Assembly: GCA_965116495.1 (NCBI GenBank)
Contig: OZ220696.1
Span: 4,192,001-4,256,000 of the forward strand
Reading direction: 5' to 3'
Source of the DNA: Gammaproteobacteria bacterium
GTDB taxonomy: Bacteria > Pseudomonadota > Gammaproteobacteria > Eutrophobiales > Eutrophobiaceae
DNA: 64,000 bases
The notes below the pieces were generated by a model, which saw only the letters and a list, made by a program, of their open reading frames with translations, ran no database searches and was not told where the DNA came from. The stretch's first letter is position 1, and each line of letters opens with the position of its first letter. Made by a program: the position numbers and the translations under genes. Shown piece after piece: positions 1-9,791 of this stretch.

Positions 1-7
1 CAATCAT

Positions 8-1059
8 ATGCGGGAATGCATTAGTCGGGAATATGATGATGCTGCCAATTGGCTCGCATACGAAAGTTCCGAAGGAGGCTATCAGTGGCCAACCATTGAC
101 GCATACGATCTGATTATCGAGTTACAGATTGATTTTCCTAAAGATGAGAGTGGTGCTTTGCTCCAATACGTACTTAGTGATTTTAGCAATCAGGTATGGT
201 GTGAGACTAACCCTTATGGGATGAATTCACTGGAAGTTGCACAATATTCCTGGGAGCGATTCTCCAAAATCGTAAAGCATGAGAGGCGATATTTTTTGAG
301 GCCATAAAGCGGGAAAACAGATTTTCAGAGGCGCTCACTCCGGGAGACCTCCTGGCTCGAATTCTTGATTATGCAGAACAAATGGCCTTGGTAAAAGATT
401 ATGATGCAGGGTTGATTATACAGAGGGCGAGAGCCTGGAAAAATGACCAACCATGGAACAGCCCTGAAGAATTAGGGCCACCCCCCACGGATAAAGCTTC
501 GCAACCTAACCGTATGAGCCCCGCCGGAATACCGATGTTCTATGGAAGCGAGGATTCAAAGACTGCTGTATTGGAGACGGCCTCCCGGCCGGGAACGTTC
601 ACCGTAGGTAAATTCGAGACAAATCGACCGATTGTGTTGCTCGACATATCCAGCGTTCCGCCTCTTCCATCCATATTTGAGATGATTCCGGACTCTTTGG
701 AAGTAGACCCGAGACGAGCGATCGAATTCCTAGCACATATATCCGAGGAAATATCGAAACCTATAACAAGGGACGGTCACCAACATATTGAGTACGTACC
801 CACCCAGGTTGTAACGGAATTTATTCGCGCACAACAATTGCTTGAGTGGAGAGCGATAGACGGAATAAAGTACGAGAGTGCCAGGAACCCGGGTCATTCC
901 TCTTACGTTCTGTTTGCCACTCAAGACGATGTATTCAACGAGAATGACGATAGGAATAAGAACCCATGGCTTGAACTTGAGAGCGTCAGAAACGTCAGGA
1001 CAACACTCACGCATAAGGCTATTGGCCTTCCCGGAGCTTTTGACATCTCAGACGTGTAG
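8..1059 (+). pseudogene. HEPN-associated N-terminal domain + RES domain protein, split by a frameshift (5' end may lie before the window)
   Basis: ORF 382-1059 has RES motifs (NRMSPAGIPMFYGS, YVPTQVVTEFIR, IDGIKYES). Its frame is open upstream to ~301. Adding one T to the T6 run at 292-297 joins ORF 8-307 as ...RRYFFEAIKRENRFSEALTPGDLL. Confidence 0.75.
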
Positions 1060-1147
1060 TTATGTTCACAGTATCCAGGAAAGCGAAAGGCGTGGACGAG
1101 TTATATATGCGCCCAATTCGGCAATTTCCGGGAGATTGTTTTTCGCA

Positions 1148-1564
1148 TTACATTTCTATATCAATATCTTCTGATTTGATAAGGTGCCTACGCGCCATCC
1201 GCATCTGGTGGTCAGCATTTATCAAGGCTACAAAAGGGTTGCTGACATGATACCAATTGTATTTGCTCAGTGCTGGCGAGATATTTAATTCTGACATCGC
1301 CAGCGCATAAAACCCGTACCTCTCTTTTTCTGTAAATCCGTCCATTCGTTCTTCCACAGCTGCCTCTGAGAACCCACCGTCGCGCAATAAAATACTTTCT
1401 GTTTTTTCTATAACACTCTTTTGAACTTCCGTGTCAAGAGTTTCAAAAGTGTACTTTGCGAGCAAGGCATTCATTGCTGCTTTAAATTTGGATGAAAAAA
1501 TTTTGAAATGGAAAAATACAGCCAAACCAACAATAAAAAATAGAAGAAATAATAGTGTGTTCAT
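1148..1564 (-). CDS. hypothetical protein with N-terminal transmembrane helix
   Basis: 138-aa low-GC ORF, hydrophobic N-terminus, GGGGG-type RBS upstream. Confidence 0.7.
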   Translation of the reverse strand: MNTLLFLLFFIVGLAVFFHFKIFSSKFKAAMNALLAKYTFETLDTEVQKSVIEKTESILLRDGGFSEAAVEERMDGFTEKERYGFYALAMSELNISPALSKYNWYHVSNPFVALINADHQMRMARRHLIKSEDIDIEM

Positions 1565-1704
1565 TCGCTTCCCCCGAATAGGTATCAGGTCAACATAACT
1601 GCACAGACAAGCCTTATTGACAGATCAACGGTGCTGATTTTGTGCAGATTTTTTGCGCGAACATTTCTGCGCTGGGTAAATCACTTGGAATTTGTGATTG
1701 GGCG

Positions 1705-1920
1705 TCACACAGGGACAGGCGTCATACTGAACACGCGGGAATACTTTGCAGCAGTCTTGACGTCACCCCGACGCAAAGCCTCTCGCACGTCGTCAAGCCT
1801 GTAAGCGTCATCAACGGACAGGTATGGTGGCCACCCTCCGGGTTTCTCCAGTAACTCTACTTCAACTTCTGCAACAAAGTTGTTTTCATAAATGAACTTC
1901 GTCTGTTTTCTCTTGGTCAT
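1705..1920 (-). CDS. small conserved protein, probable antitoxin partner of DUF4258-type toxins
   Basis: True start likely ATG at 1920 (MTKRKQTKFIYENNFVAEVEVEL...PYLSVDDAYRLDDVREALRRGD); ATGA overlap with an upstream remnant. Confidence 0.6.
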   Translation of the reverse strand: MTKRKQTKFIYENNFVAEVEVELLEKPGGWPPYLSVDDAYRLDDVREALRRGDVKTAAKYSRVFSMTPVPV

Positions 1921-1964
1921 CTGCGTCTCCGCTTGAAATCCGTCTCCCATTTTTCGGGGTTGGG
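1917..1964 (-). pseudogene. C-terminal remnant of a DUF4258-like toxin
   Basis: Reads PNPEKWETDFKRRRR*, resembling the DUF4258 C-terminus; stop overlaps the next ATG; no intact 5' part. Confidence 0.45.
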
Positions 1965-2326
1965 CAAACCAGGACGTTTTAGCGTCTTTGGAGCAGTGTA
2001 CCTTGAGCTTGAGATACACTCGCCATTCAGATCGTGCTTGGAAATAGGCCATTATATCATTTCAAAGTGCCCTACAAGGCGCAATGGCCTGCCACTTGTC
2101 TGGAACTGGAGAGCTCGGAGCACTTGACAACAATAATGTCGAGAAACAACTCAAATGGAATGAAAAAGACAGACTTGGCGAAATCGAGTGGATGAGTCCT
2201 CACTGATAAGCGTGAGTATCTGACTTTCAGTTTTTAGTGAACTTTTTGGTGAACCTTGGCTCTTCGTGGAGATAACACCTGCCAATTCCGAACTTTCAAC
2301 AGACTTTCGATATTTCATATCCCTAG

Positions 2327-2780
2327 CCCGGATATCTCACAAACCATTGTAAAAGGGTCTCAACTTCGCGTATAATGTGAATGTTATCAATAAGTTACAT
2401 GAAAGCGGAGGAGAGACCCCATGAATACAAAGTGTACTGCAACCCACCTTGAATTTCAAGCCTTTGGTCGGCGCCGGGTCACCGGGCTTAGACAACTGCG
2501 AGAGCGCCCCGTGCCCGACCCGCCCGGCTGACCCGCAGGGCCGCCCCTGTCCCCTGACCAACACGGCTGTCCCGCCGTGAACGGCTGCCCTTGGCCCAAT
2601 GAACGCTTCACACCCACTTGGGCAGGGTAAAAGCCGCTATATCACCAGATTTTTACGACAAACGGGCCATGCGCTTCACCTGTTTGTGTGGTGACCTGCC
2701 CTGCGGACCCCATACAGTGTATGAATCAAGGTCCGATAGCCTGTTTATCGCTATATGCCAGGGTTGGTGAGATATGCGGG
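2327..2780 (+). mobile_element. internally deleted IS1380-family element (MITE-like, 454 bp)
   Basis: Terminal IRs CCCGGATATCTCAC (2327-2340) and GTGAGATATGCGGG (2767-2780), 1 mismatch. Mini-ORF 2421-2531 begins MNTKCTATHLEFQAFGRRRVTG, like IS1380 transposase N-termini. Confidence 0.7.
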
Positions 2781-2822
2781 CCAATTACCGGTAATTCAAC
2801 CTGGTATTGTCTGACAACACTT

Positions 2823-2913
2823 ACCATTCCCGCAACAGCGGGAATCCAGTAAACAGCGAAACTCCTTATTACAGAAGGTTTGCTCACTGGATTCCCGTTT
2901 TTACGGGAATGGT
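2823..2913. repeat. inverted pair of ATTCCC-N8-GGGAAT palindromes (REP/dRS3-like)
   Basis: ATTCCCGCAACAGCGGGAATCCAGT ... ACTGGATTCCCGTTTTTACGGGAAT. Confidence 0.75.
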
Positions 2914-2993
2914 CATTATCCGGCAATATTACGTTGAAAAACCACTGGTTGAAAATGTTAGACTCTTGACGAGGGCCAAAAGAGGATAACTAC

Positions 2994-4097
2994 ATGGCAA
3001 GAGTAGACGGTTCGGTTTTATTGGTCGGTAGTGTTCCGGGAAGTGATGCGGAACAGGTGATGCGATTTTGCGCGGGTGAACTGGGGGACAATTTAAGCTT
3101 TTTGCCGGATGGGGAGACCGGTTTCAGAAAAATCTGGATAAACTTTCTCGCCGCCACCATCTACGCTGCCAATGATGCTCTGGAGACGGTAAACCAGCCC
3201 GAACCCGTAAATCCGGATGACCCGGACGAATGGCGGGCAGCAAGCGATTACTGGGTCCCGAAGGGGTATCACGATCACTGGCAATTCAGAATCAGGGAAA
3301 ACAGGCAGGTGCATTTTGATCGCCTGGGTTATGCGCAGGAGGCAATCTCTTCCTACCAGGTATTCAAGCGACTGCGCGCCGAGGGCGTTATCTCTCCGGA
3401 CCAGCGGTTTATGGTGGCCATGCCCATGTGTGAATCCGCGGTGCGTCCGTTCCTGGGCAAGGCCGGGGAGAATGACTACGAAATGATTTCCGCTGCCTAT
3501 ACCGAAGCCATGTCCAGGGAAATACCGACAATGCTGGAAGTTATCCCGGCCGAAGACCTGGTGATCCAGTGGGATATCTGCATGGAGATGCTCGCAGTTG
3601 ACGTAAATGACAACCACTCGGCATTGTTTCCCTGGAAACCCGGGGGCAAGGCCATGGAACGTTATACCGCGACAGTCAGGACCTGTTCGGATTTCGTGCC
3701 GGAGGACGTTTTACTGGGTTTGCATTTCTGTTACGGCGACCTGGGTCACAGGCATTTCATCGAACCGCGCAGCCTGGAGAATGCGACGCGTATTGCAACA
3801 GAATCGGTGAAGGCTATCGGGCGTACGATTGATTTTTGCCATATCCCGGTCCCCCGGGACCGCCACGACGACGCCTATTTTGCGCCGTTATCGGACTGGC
3901 CGGAAAATGCCGGCAAACTGTTTCTGGGCCTGGTGCATCATACGGATGGTGTGGAAGGTACCGGGCGCAGGTTAACGACCGCCAAACGTCATATCGGTAA
4001 CTTCGGCATCGCCACCGAATGCGGTTTCGGCCGCCGTCCCGGTGAGACATTGCCCGAACTGATGCGCGTACACCGGGAAATAGCGGAACTGCTGTGA
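2994..4097 (+). CDS. UROD/MetE-like (cobalamin-independent methionine synthase fold) protein
   Basis: LVGSVP start, PDGETG, IQWD, GLHFCYGD and ATECGFGR metal-binding motifs; RBS AGAGGA. Confidence 0.75.
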   Translation: MARVDGSVLLVGSVPGSDAEQVMRFCAGELGDNLSFLPDGETGFRKIWINFLAATIYAANDALETVNQPEPVNPDDPDEWRAASDYWVPKGYHDHWQFRIRENRQVHFDRLGYAQEAISSYQVFKRLRAEGVISPDQRFMVAMPMCESAVRPFLGKAGENDYEMISAAYTEAMSREIPTMLEVIPAEDLVIQWDICMEMLAVDVNDNHSALFPWKPGGKAMERYTATVRTCSDFVPEDVLLGLHFCYGDLGHRHFIEPRSLENATRIATESVKAIGRTIDFCHIPVPRDRHDDAYFAPLSDWPENAGKLFLGLVHHTDGVEGTGRRLTTAKRHIGNFGIATECGFGRRPGETLPELMRVHREIAELL

Positions 4098-4173
4098 ACT
4101 CCGGTTGTAACCCCTCGTATGACGCAGACCCAGCCAGGTGGCTGGAGCACCAAACCTGTTTGCCGCGACCGGA

Positions 4174-5178
4174 TTAATTCCCGCGGGGCACTCCGGCCAT
4201 CACCAGTAATTCCCCGCGCGAAACCATCCCCCGGTCGATAACGGTCAAAACAACACCATCTTCGATAAAACAGACTTTAACAGGTTCGCGTTCCGGTTCC
4301 ATAACGGAGTAGAGCATACCTGCCACATCACCTGATTTAACCGGCTGCCCGGGACTTGCCGCCGGCACGAATAATCCCTGTCCGTCTGAATATATTTTCC
4401 CGTTCATGCCCACATCAACAAGGAGGCTCTTATTATCCAGCGTTGGTATCTCTACTGAATGATCCAGCATATTCAGGCGATGCATGACCCGTAACAACCC
4501 GTCCCAGGCCAGTTGTACCATGTGGGGGTTGACGTTGCCGCCGCCGCCCAGTTCCGTCGCGAACATGGGCACGTCATTGCGGATTGCAGCGGCGTTGAAC
4601 GTGCTTTGTTCCGTGAACCCGGCGCACCAGGTATAAGGCGCATTGAATGCTTCAGCCAGGGCCAGGCTTGTTTCGTCGGCAGTCCTGGCGCCCAGGTACA
4701 CCATCGTCAGCGGCGCGAAGACATAGGCATTGCCGCCGCTGTGAAAATCAATGGCGGCGTCAGCTTCCGGTAATACCACGTCCTCGATGAAATGGGCAAT
4801 CATGCCGGTCGGGCCGCCAGTTCTACTGCCCGGAAATGCCCTGTTCAGGTTACCGTCATCCAGGGGAGAGCAGCGCGCCCCGGCTGCCACGGCCGGCATA
4901 TTCAGTGCCGGAAACATGATAATCCTCCCCTGCAGGTGAACCGGGTCCAGGGAGTGCAGGAGTCGCAGCAGTAGCGCCGGTCCCTCGTATTCATCACCGT
5001 GGGTGCCGCCAGCCAAAAGCAGGGTGGGACCTGTCCCGTTTTTTAGGACGGCAACCGGGATCGGATGATAGCCCAGCGGTTGCTCGTTGCTGGACCAGGG
5101 CAGGCGCAAATCACCTGTTTGTCTGCCTTGCGCGTTGAAATCAATGGTGGCGCTTATGCCAGTCTTGGTCCAATCCAT
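4174..5178 (-). CDS. succinylglutamate desuccinylase/aspartoacylase family deacylase (DoeB-like)
   Basis: GGTHGDEYEG, NLNRAFPG, IDFHSGG, TELGGG motifs. Confidence 0.85.
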   Translation of the reverse strand: MDWTKTGISATIDFNAQGRQTGDLRLPWSSNEQPLGYHPIPVAVLKNGTGPTLLLAGGTHGDEYEGPALLLRLLHSLDPVHLQGRIIMFPALNMPAVAAGARCSPLDDGNLNRAFPGSRTGGPTGMIAHFIEDVVLPEADAAIDFHSGGNAYVFAPLTMVYLGARTADETSLALAEAFNAPYTWCAGFTEQSTFNAAAIRNDVPMFATELGGGGNVNPHMVQLAWDGLLRVMHRLNMLDHSVEIPTLDNKSLLVDVGMNGKIYSDGQGLFVPAASPGQPVKSGDVAGMLYSVMEPEREPVKVCFIEDGVVLTVIDRGMVSRGELLVMAGVPRGN

Positions 5179-5180
5179 CG

Positions 5181-6050
5181 TCAGGTACTTTCGCTTGTCA
5201 TATTGGTAAACCGGGCAAGTTCATTGTTGAATTTTTTCGATTCTTCCCGGAATGGCATGTGGGCCGAATGTTCATAGATGGAGAGTGTTGATCGGGCACA
5301 TAACTTGTGCAAGTGCTCGGCCGCATCGACCAGGATAAACGGATCATGGCGGCCGTGGATGATCAGCGCCGGTTTACTGAACGAGGCCAGAATATCCGTA
5401 TTGTCGATGACCCGGTTCATCATCGCAGCCCGGACCGCGGGCGCGGTCATCATGGCCTGGGCTGTCAGAAATTGCAGTTGTGCCGGCGTGATATCCAGCA
5501 CCATATCCCGGGTACATCTTTGCATCGCCCGAAATTGTGTCTCCGGATCATCAGTCATCGTATCAGGCATATACTCTGCGGGTCCTATCCCCAGCATCCC
5601 GGCCAGTTCCGCAATGCCGAGGCCATGCAACCCGCTGACCATGATGATACCTGAAATGTCTGCCTGCCCGTGCCGGCGCAGGTAATCACCGATAACCAGC
5701 GCACCGCTGGACCAGCCGACCAGCACAACTTGCTTTTTCCGGTAGTGATTGAGTACGGCCAGCACATCATCCGCGTACAGCCTGGCGTCCAGGTAGTGTT
5801 CCTCACCCGTAGGGCATTCGGAATAACCGTGCCCGCGCAGGTCGAAAGCGATCAGGTGGAATTCTTTTGCCAGTTCACTGTTGAACTGCTTGATCCATGC
5901 CGCATGAGTTTGCGACCAGCCGTGGATAAACAGCACAGCCGGCGCATCCGTATTACCGGTGTCTTTATAATAAAGCCTGATGCCGTCAGCGCCTTGCAGA
6001 TAACCATGATTGAATAAAGCCTTGTCCGGCATGTTTTTCCGATCTGACAT
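5181..6050 (-). CDS. alpha/beta hydrolase
   Basis: FIHGW, DLRGHGYS, GWSSG nucleophile elbow, C-terminal SAHMP. Confidence 0.85.
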   Translation of the reverse strand: MSDRKNMPDKALFNHGYLQGADGIRLYYKDTGNTDAPAVLFIHGWSQTHAAWIKQFNSELAKEFHLIAFDLRGHGYSECPTGEEHYLDARLYADDVLAVLNHYRKKQVVLVGWSSGALVIGDYLRRHGQADISGIIMVSGLHGLGIAELAGMLGIGPAEYMPDTMTDDPETQFRAMQRCTRDMVLDITPAQLQFLTAQAMMTAPAVRAAMMNRVIDNTDILASFSKPALIIHGRHDPFILVDAAEHLHKLCARSTLSIYEHSAHMPFREESKKFNNELARFTNMTSEST

Positions 6051-6075
6051 ATGGAATGTGAAACGTACTATGGAT

Positions 6076-6111
6076 AAAAAAAACAGGCAACCGGTGTTCC
6101 CGGTTGCCTGT
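6076..6111 (-). terminator. intrinsic terminator after the TonB receptor gene
   Basis: 12-bp stem ACAGGCAACCGG/CCGGTTGCCTGT followed by a U8 tract on the minus strand. Confidence 0.8.
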
Positions 6112-6142
6112 CCGCCACATTGGCAGAATACGCTCTCGAGGG

Positions 6143-8389
6143 TTAGAAATTGTATCTCACATTGGCGCCCCAGGTCCGCGGCGGTTGATAAGTCCGCAGG
6201 TTGCCGAATGTCGTTGAGCGAAAGCCGTTGCTCTCGGCGTCTTCATCCAACAGGTTGCGGGCGTAAGCTGCAACACTCCACTTGCCGCTGCCATGGTTGA
6301 ATTGTAACCTGGCGTTGACGCGCGTATAGGAATCGCCGCTGTTCAACGGGTCTTTGAAGACCGACCAGTAGCGCTCATCGTCCATGTAATAGTAGTCGCC
6401 GCGCAAGGTTACATCGCCCGCCTGCACCGGCATGGTGTAGGCGGCCCCGAAGCCGAAAATGAATTCCGGCGAGCGGGGCAGGGGATTGCCGCGCTGGTCG
6501 ATGCTGGTATTCGCCGGGACGTTCAGGTCCGGCGCCATGAGATCCTTCAGTTCCGTATCCAGGTAGGAAAACATGCCGTCTATCACAAACTGATCGGTGA
6601 GGGCCAGCACCATGTCCGCCTCGATACCGAATACTTCAGCATCACCGGCATTGCGCACGTTGGCGAAACCCTGGGCATTGTCGGCCAGGTCCACGTTCTG
6701 GTGTATGTCCTTGTAATCATAGTAGAAGGCGCTGGCGTTAAGGCGCAGCTTTCCATCCGCCAGGGTGGATTTGAAGCCGCCCTCGAACGACCAGATGGTT
6801 TCAGGTTTCACTGCCTCGGGGAGAGGTCCGAACAGGATGGTATTATAGCCGCCCGACTTGAAACCGCGGGTGGCGCCGACATATATCATCAGGTCCTCGT
6901 TCACGAAAAAATCGATGCCGAACCTGGGGGTGACACTGTCGCTGTCGGTCTCATCCTGGTGGCTGACCGTCGGCGGGCCGCTCGGCGTTGGCCTGCTGGC
7001 AACGTATTCCGGGCCGGTCAGGGCCGGGCTGAGGGGCACGAACGAATAACTCTCGAAGTCAATCTCCTTCTCTTCGTCACTGTAGCGGATACCCACGTGC
7101 GCCCGCAGGTGATCGTTAAACCGGTAACTGGCCTGTCCGAACAAGGCCCAGGCAAAGGTGTCCAGGTCTGAAAAACCGTGTATAAAGACCGTGTCGTAGG
7201 TGCCGCCTACCGTCGGTCCGACAGCAAACTGGCCCAAACTGAAAGGAAACGGGTAATCATGCAGCGCTTGATCATCAAACAGGAACGCGCCTACCACCCA
7301 GTTCAGCGGCCCTTTGCCGGTGGATGACATCTGGAACTCCTGCTGGAAGGACTCGGAATCGGTAATGGGGTCGTTAAACCCGCCGGCGTTGATCTCGGTC
7401 AGGTCAAAATCCACCTGGTAACGGTTTTCATCCTCCCGGTAACTGGTCAGGGATTTTATCTCCACGTTGCCCAGGTCCCAGGTGATCTCGGCGCCGATAC
7501 CCCAGGCCTCCGTCTCATTATTGGCCGTGACATCCCGGTACGTGTCCCTGATTCCCGGCAAAACCGTACCGCCGGACAAAGCGACATACGGGTTGTCGTT
7601 CAATGGCGGGCTCACATGGGAAGCGGTGCCGCGACTGGATTGGTCATCCGTGTAGTCGCCGAACAGGCGGATACTGACATTATCCGTTGCCTGGAACTGT
7701 AACTGGGTACGGAAGGCCTTCACGTCCGTCGTATCCTCGCCTTTGCCGGTGAAGCTGTTATCGGAATAGCCGTTGTTGTCATGGTACAGGCCGGCGACAC
7801 GAAACGCGGCGCGTTCACTGATGGGGACATTCACTGCGCCCTCCACCCGGACGGTGCCTTCATTGCCGCCGCTGACATCTAAATAACCGCCTGTTTCCTG
7901 CTCAGGCTTCCTGCTCAGAAAGTGGATCACGCCGCCGGTGGCGTTTCTGCCGAACAGCGTGCCTTGGGGCCCTTTGATCACTTCCACCCGTTCGGCATCG
8001 TAAAAGTCGCTGATAATGGAGGCCAGTCGCGGCAGGTAGACGCCGTCGACATGCACTGCCGTAGTGGGTTCAAGGCCCGGTGTTATGGTATCGGTGCCGA
8101 CGCCGCGCACGTAGGCAAAACCATGGCCTGCAAGCGGCTCAAGGTGCAGTCCGGGAACCTTGAGTTGAAGATCCAGGGTGGAATCAATCCCGATCGCCTT
8201 CAGTTGTTCATCGCTGAAGGCATTGATGGCTATGGGAACATCTTGCACGGATTCTGCGCGCCGTTGCGCCGTTACGACAATTTCTTCAAGCAGGGCAGCG
8301 CTCTGGGCTGATACTGCCGAGGCAGCAGAAACGCCCGCGGCTAAACACAATAGATGAAGCAACGTATTGTTTGGCATCAGTTTTATCAT
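6143..8389 (-). CDS. TonB-dependent receptor
   Basis: Signal peptide, LEEIVVTAQRR, RVEVIKGPQGTLFGRNATGG plug motif, C-terminal RYNF. Confidence 0.95.
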   Translation of the reverse strand: MIKLMPNNTLLHLLCLAAGVSAASAVSAQSAALLEEIVVTAQRRAESVQDVPIAINAFSDEQLKAIGIDSTLDLQLKVPGLHLEPLAGHGFAYVRGVGTDTITPGLEPTTAVHVDGVYLPRLASIISDFYDAERVEVIKGPQGTLFGRNATGGVIHFLSRKPEQETGGYLDVSGGNEGTVRVEGAVNVPISERAAFRVAGLYHDNNGYSDNSFTGKGEDTTDVKAFRTQLQFQATDNVSIRLFGDYTDDQSSRGTASHVSPPLNDNPYVALSGGTVLPGIRDTYRDVTANNETEAWGIGAEITWDLGNVEIKSLTSYREDENRYQVDFDLTEINAGGFNDPITDSESFQQEFQMSSTGKGPLNWVVGAFLFDDQALHDYPFPFSLGQFAVGPTVGGTYDTVFIHGFSDLDTFAWALFGQASYRFNDHLRAHVGIRYSDEEKEIDFESYSFVPLSPALTGPEYVASRPTPSGPPTVSHQDETDSDSVTPRFGIDFFVNEDLMIYVGATRGFKSGGYNTILFGPLPEAVKPETIWSFEGGFKSTLADGKLRLNASAFYYDYKDIHQNVDLADNAQGFANVRNAGDAEVFGIEADMVLALTDQFVIDGMFSYLDTELKDLMAPDLNVPANTSIDQRGNPLPRSPEFIFGFGAAYTMPVQAGDVTLRGDYYYMDDERYWSVFKDPLNSGDSYTRVNARLQFNHGSGKWSVAAYARNLLDEDAESNGFRSTTFGNLRTYQPPRTWGANVRYNF

Positions 8390-8448
8390 GGCTGTCTTCC
8401 CCCGGCGGAAAGTGAATAAAAAACTGTTTGTGATTTGTAAGTAAGTAC

Positions 8449-8462
8449 CTGTCTATATAAAC
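8449..8462. promoter_or_regulatory. possible HutC operator in the divergent receptor/HD promoter
   Basis: CCTGTCTATATAAA matches 11/14 positions of the HutC-type site CTTGTCTATACAAG. Confidence 0.4.
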
Positions 8463-8488
8463 TATAATTATAGATGCGTATTGCTTAT

Positions 8489-8507
8489 TATGCAACATTG
8501 TTGCATA
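8489..8507. promoter_or_regulatory. palindromic operator, regulator unknown
   Basis: TATGCAACA-T-TGTTGCATA, perfect 9-bp arms in an AT-rich divergent intergenic region. Confidence 0.6.
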
Positions 8508-8548
8508 TTATTTCAACTTTTTGAATCAATAACAACGGGAATTCCAAG

Positions 8549-9169
8549 GTGTCACATCAAGCCAAGGCTGTAGAACCAAGCCCGCTGGCCCACGACGACT
8601 GGGAGTACGTGCATAAGCGCTGCCTGGATGATTACCGGGCGGAAGACTGGGAAATACTCGGCCGTCAGCGCAAACTGTACTACGACGAGCAGATGGTGGA
8701 CCAGATATTACGTATGCTGACTTGCCAGAAGGACGATCCCGGGTATGCGTATACGGTCAATAATTACAATCACTGTCTGCAGACGGCTACCCGGATGCTG
8801 CGTGACGAACGGTCTGAGGAAGACATCGTTGTCGGCCTGTTTCACGATGTCGGGTTTATAACCTGCAATGAGACACACGGTGAGTTTGTCGCGGCACTGT
8901 TGCGTCCCTATATCTCGGAACGGAATCACTGGATGTTGATACGCCACGCGGTTTTCCAGCAGTACCATTTCCATGAACTTGAGGGTAGCGACCGCCACGA
9001 ACGGGATAAGTGGAAAGGCCATCCCTACTATGCCTGGACCGCGGAATTTGTCGACAAGTATGACCAGACGACTATCAACTATGATGAAGAAATATTACCT
9101 GTCGATGCTTTTGAGCCCACGGTAAGACGGTTGTTTGCAAAACAACCCCGCAGAATTTTTTACGAATAA
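8549..9169 (+). CDS. HD-domain metalloprotein (PhnZ/TmpB-like oxygenase or phosphohydrolase)
   Basis: HCLQTAT...LFHDVG...HGEF...RHAVFQ...YDQ metal-ligand pattern. Confidence 0.75.
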   Translation: MSHQAKAVEPSPLAHDDWEYVHKRCLDDYRAEDWEILGRQRKLYYDEQMVDQILRMLTCQKDDPGYAYTVNNYNHCLQTATRMLRDERSEEDIVVGLFHDVGFITCNETHGEFVAALLRPYISERNHWMLIRHAVFQQYHFHELEGSDRHERDKWKGHPYYAWTAEFVDKYDQTTINYDEEILPVDAFEPTVRRLFAKQPRRIFYE

Positions 9170-9741
9170 TGGCGGCCTGGATAAAAATGATCCCGGAAAA
9201 TGAGGCAACGGGGACATTAAAGGAGATGTACGCCGGGGCCATGACTCCCCACGGGACGGTCGACAACGTCATGAAGGTCCATTCGCTGCGCCCGCATACC
9301 ATGCACGGCCACGTGACCCTCTATAAAAGCGTACTGCACCATCCCGATATAACCCTGCCCCTGTGGTTCCTGGAAGTGGTCGCCTCATATACCAGTATCA
9401 AAAACCACTGTGAATACAGCCTTACCCACCACTTCATGAACGCACGGAGGTTGATTAATAACGAGCAACGCGCAGATGACATCCATGCCGCCCTGCAGGA
9501 AGGCCGGCCGGAGGCGGTATTTGCCGGGAAAGAACTGGCGTTACTCCAGTACGCGGCAAAGCTGACGACAGGTGTCGCAACCATGACCGAGGGTGACGTT
9601 ACAAGCTTGCGCAATGCCGGTTGCGATGACGGTGAAATCCTTGAGGTCAACCAGGTCGTTGCGTATTTCAATTATTCCAACCGGTTGCTCAACGGCCTGG
9701 GGGTGACCACCGAAGGGGACTCGATTGGTTATTACAAGTAA
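9169..9741 (+). CDS. carboxymuconolactone decarboxylase/AhpD-like peroxidase-related protein
   Basis: MAAWIKMI, VHSLRP, NHCEYSLTHH, AYFNYSNR motifs. Confidence 0.8.
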   Translation: MAAWIKMIPENEATGTLKEMYAGAMTPHGTVDNVMKVHSLRPHTMHGHVTLYKSVLHHPDITLPLWFLEVVASYTSIKNHCEYSLTHHFMNARRLINNEQRADDIHAALQEGRPEAVFAGKELALLQYAAKLTTGVATMTEGDVTSLRNAGCDDGEILEVNQVVAYFNYSNRLLNGLGVTTEGDSIGYYK

Positions 9742-9758
9742 ACACATTTCCGGAGAAA

Positions 9759-9782
9759 GGGGACGGATTTAAATCCGTCCCC
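9759..9782. repeat. REP-like palindrome
   Basis: Perfect 24-bp palindrome GGGGACGGATTTAAATCCGTCCCC; relatives at 12857-12918. Confidence 0.75.
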
Positions 9783-9791
9783 GACAGCCTG

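Noticed and set aside
1057-1705. AGTTATGTT/AACATAACT inverted motifs around the 138-aa gene as possible attC sites
   Set aside because: No convincing L/R box hairpin and no integrase in the window
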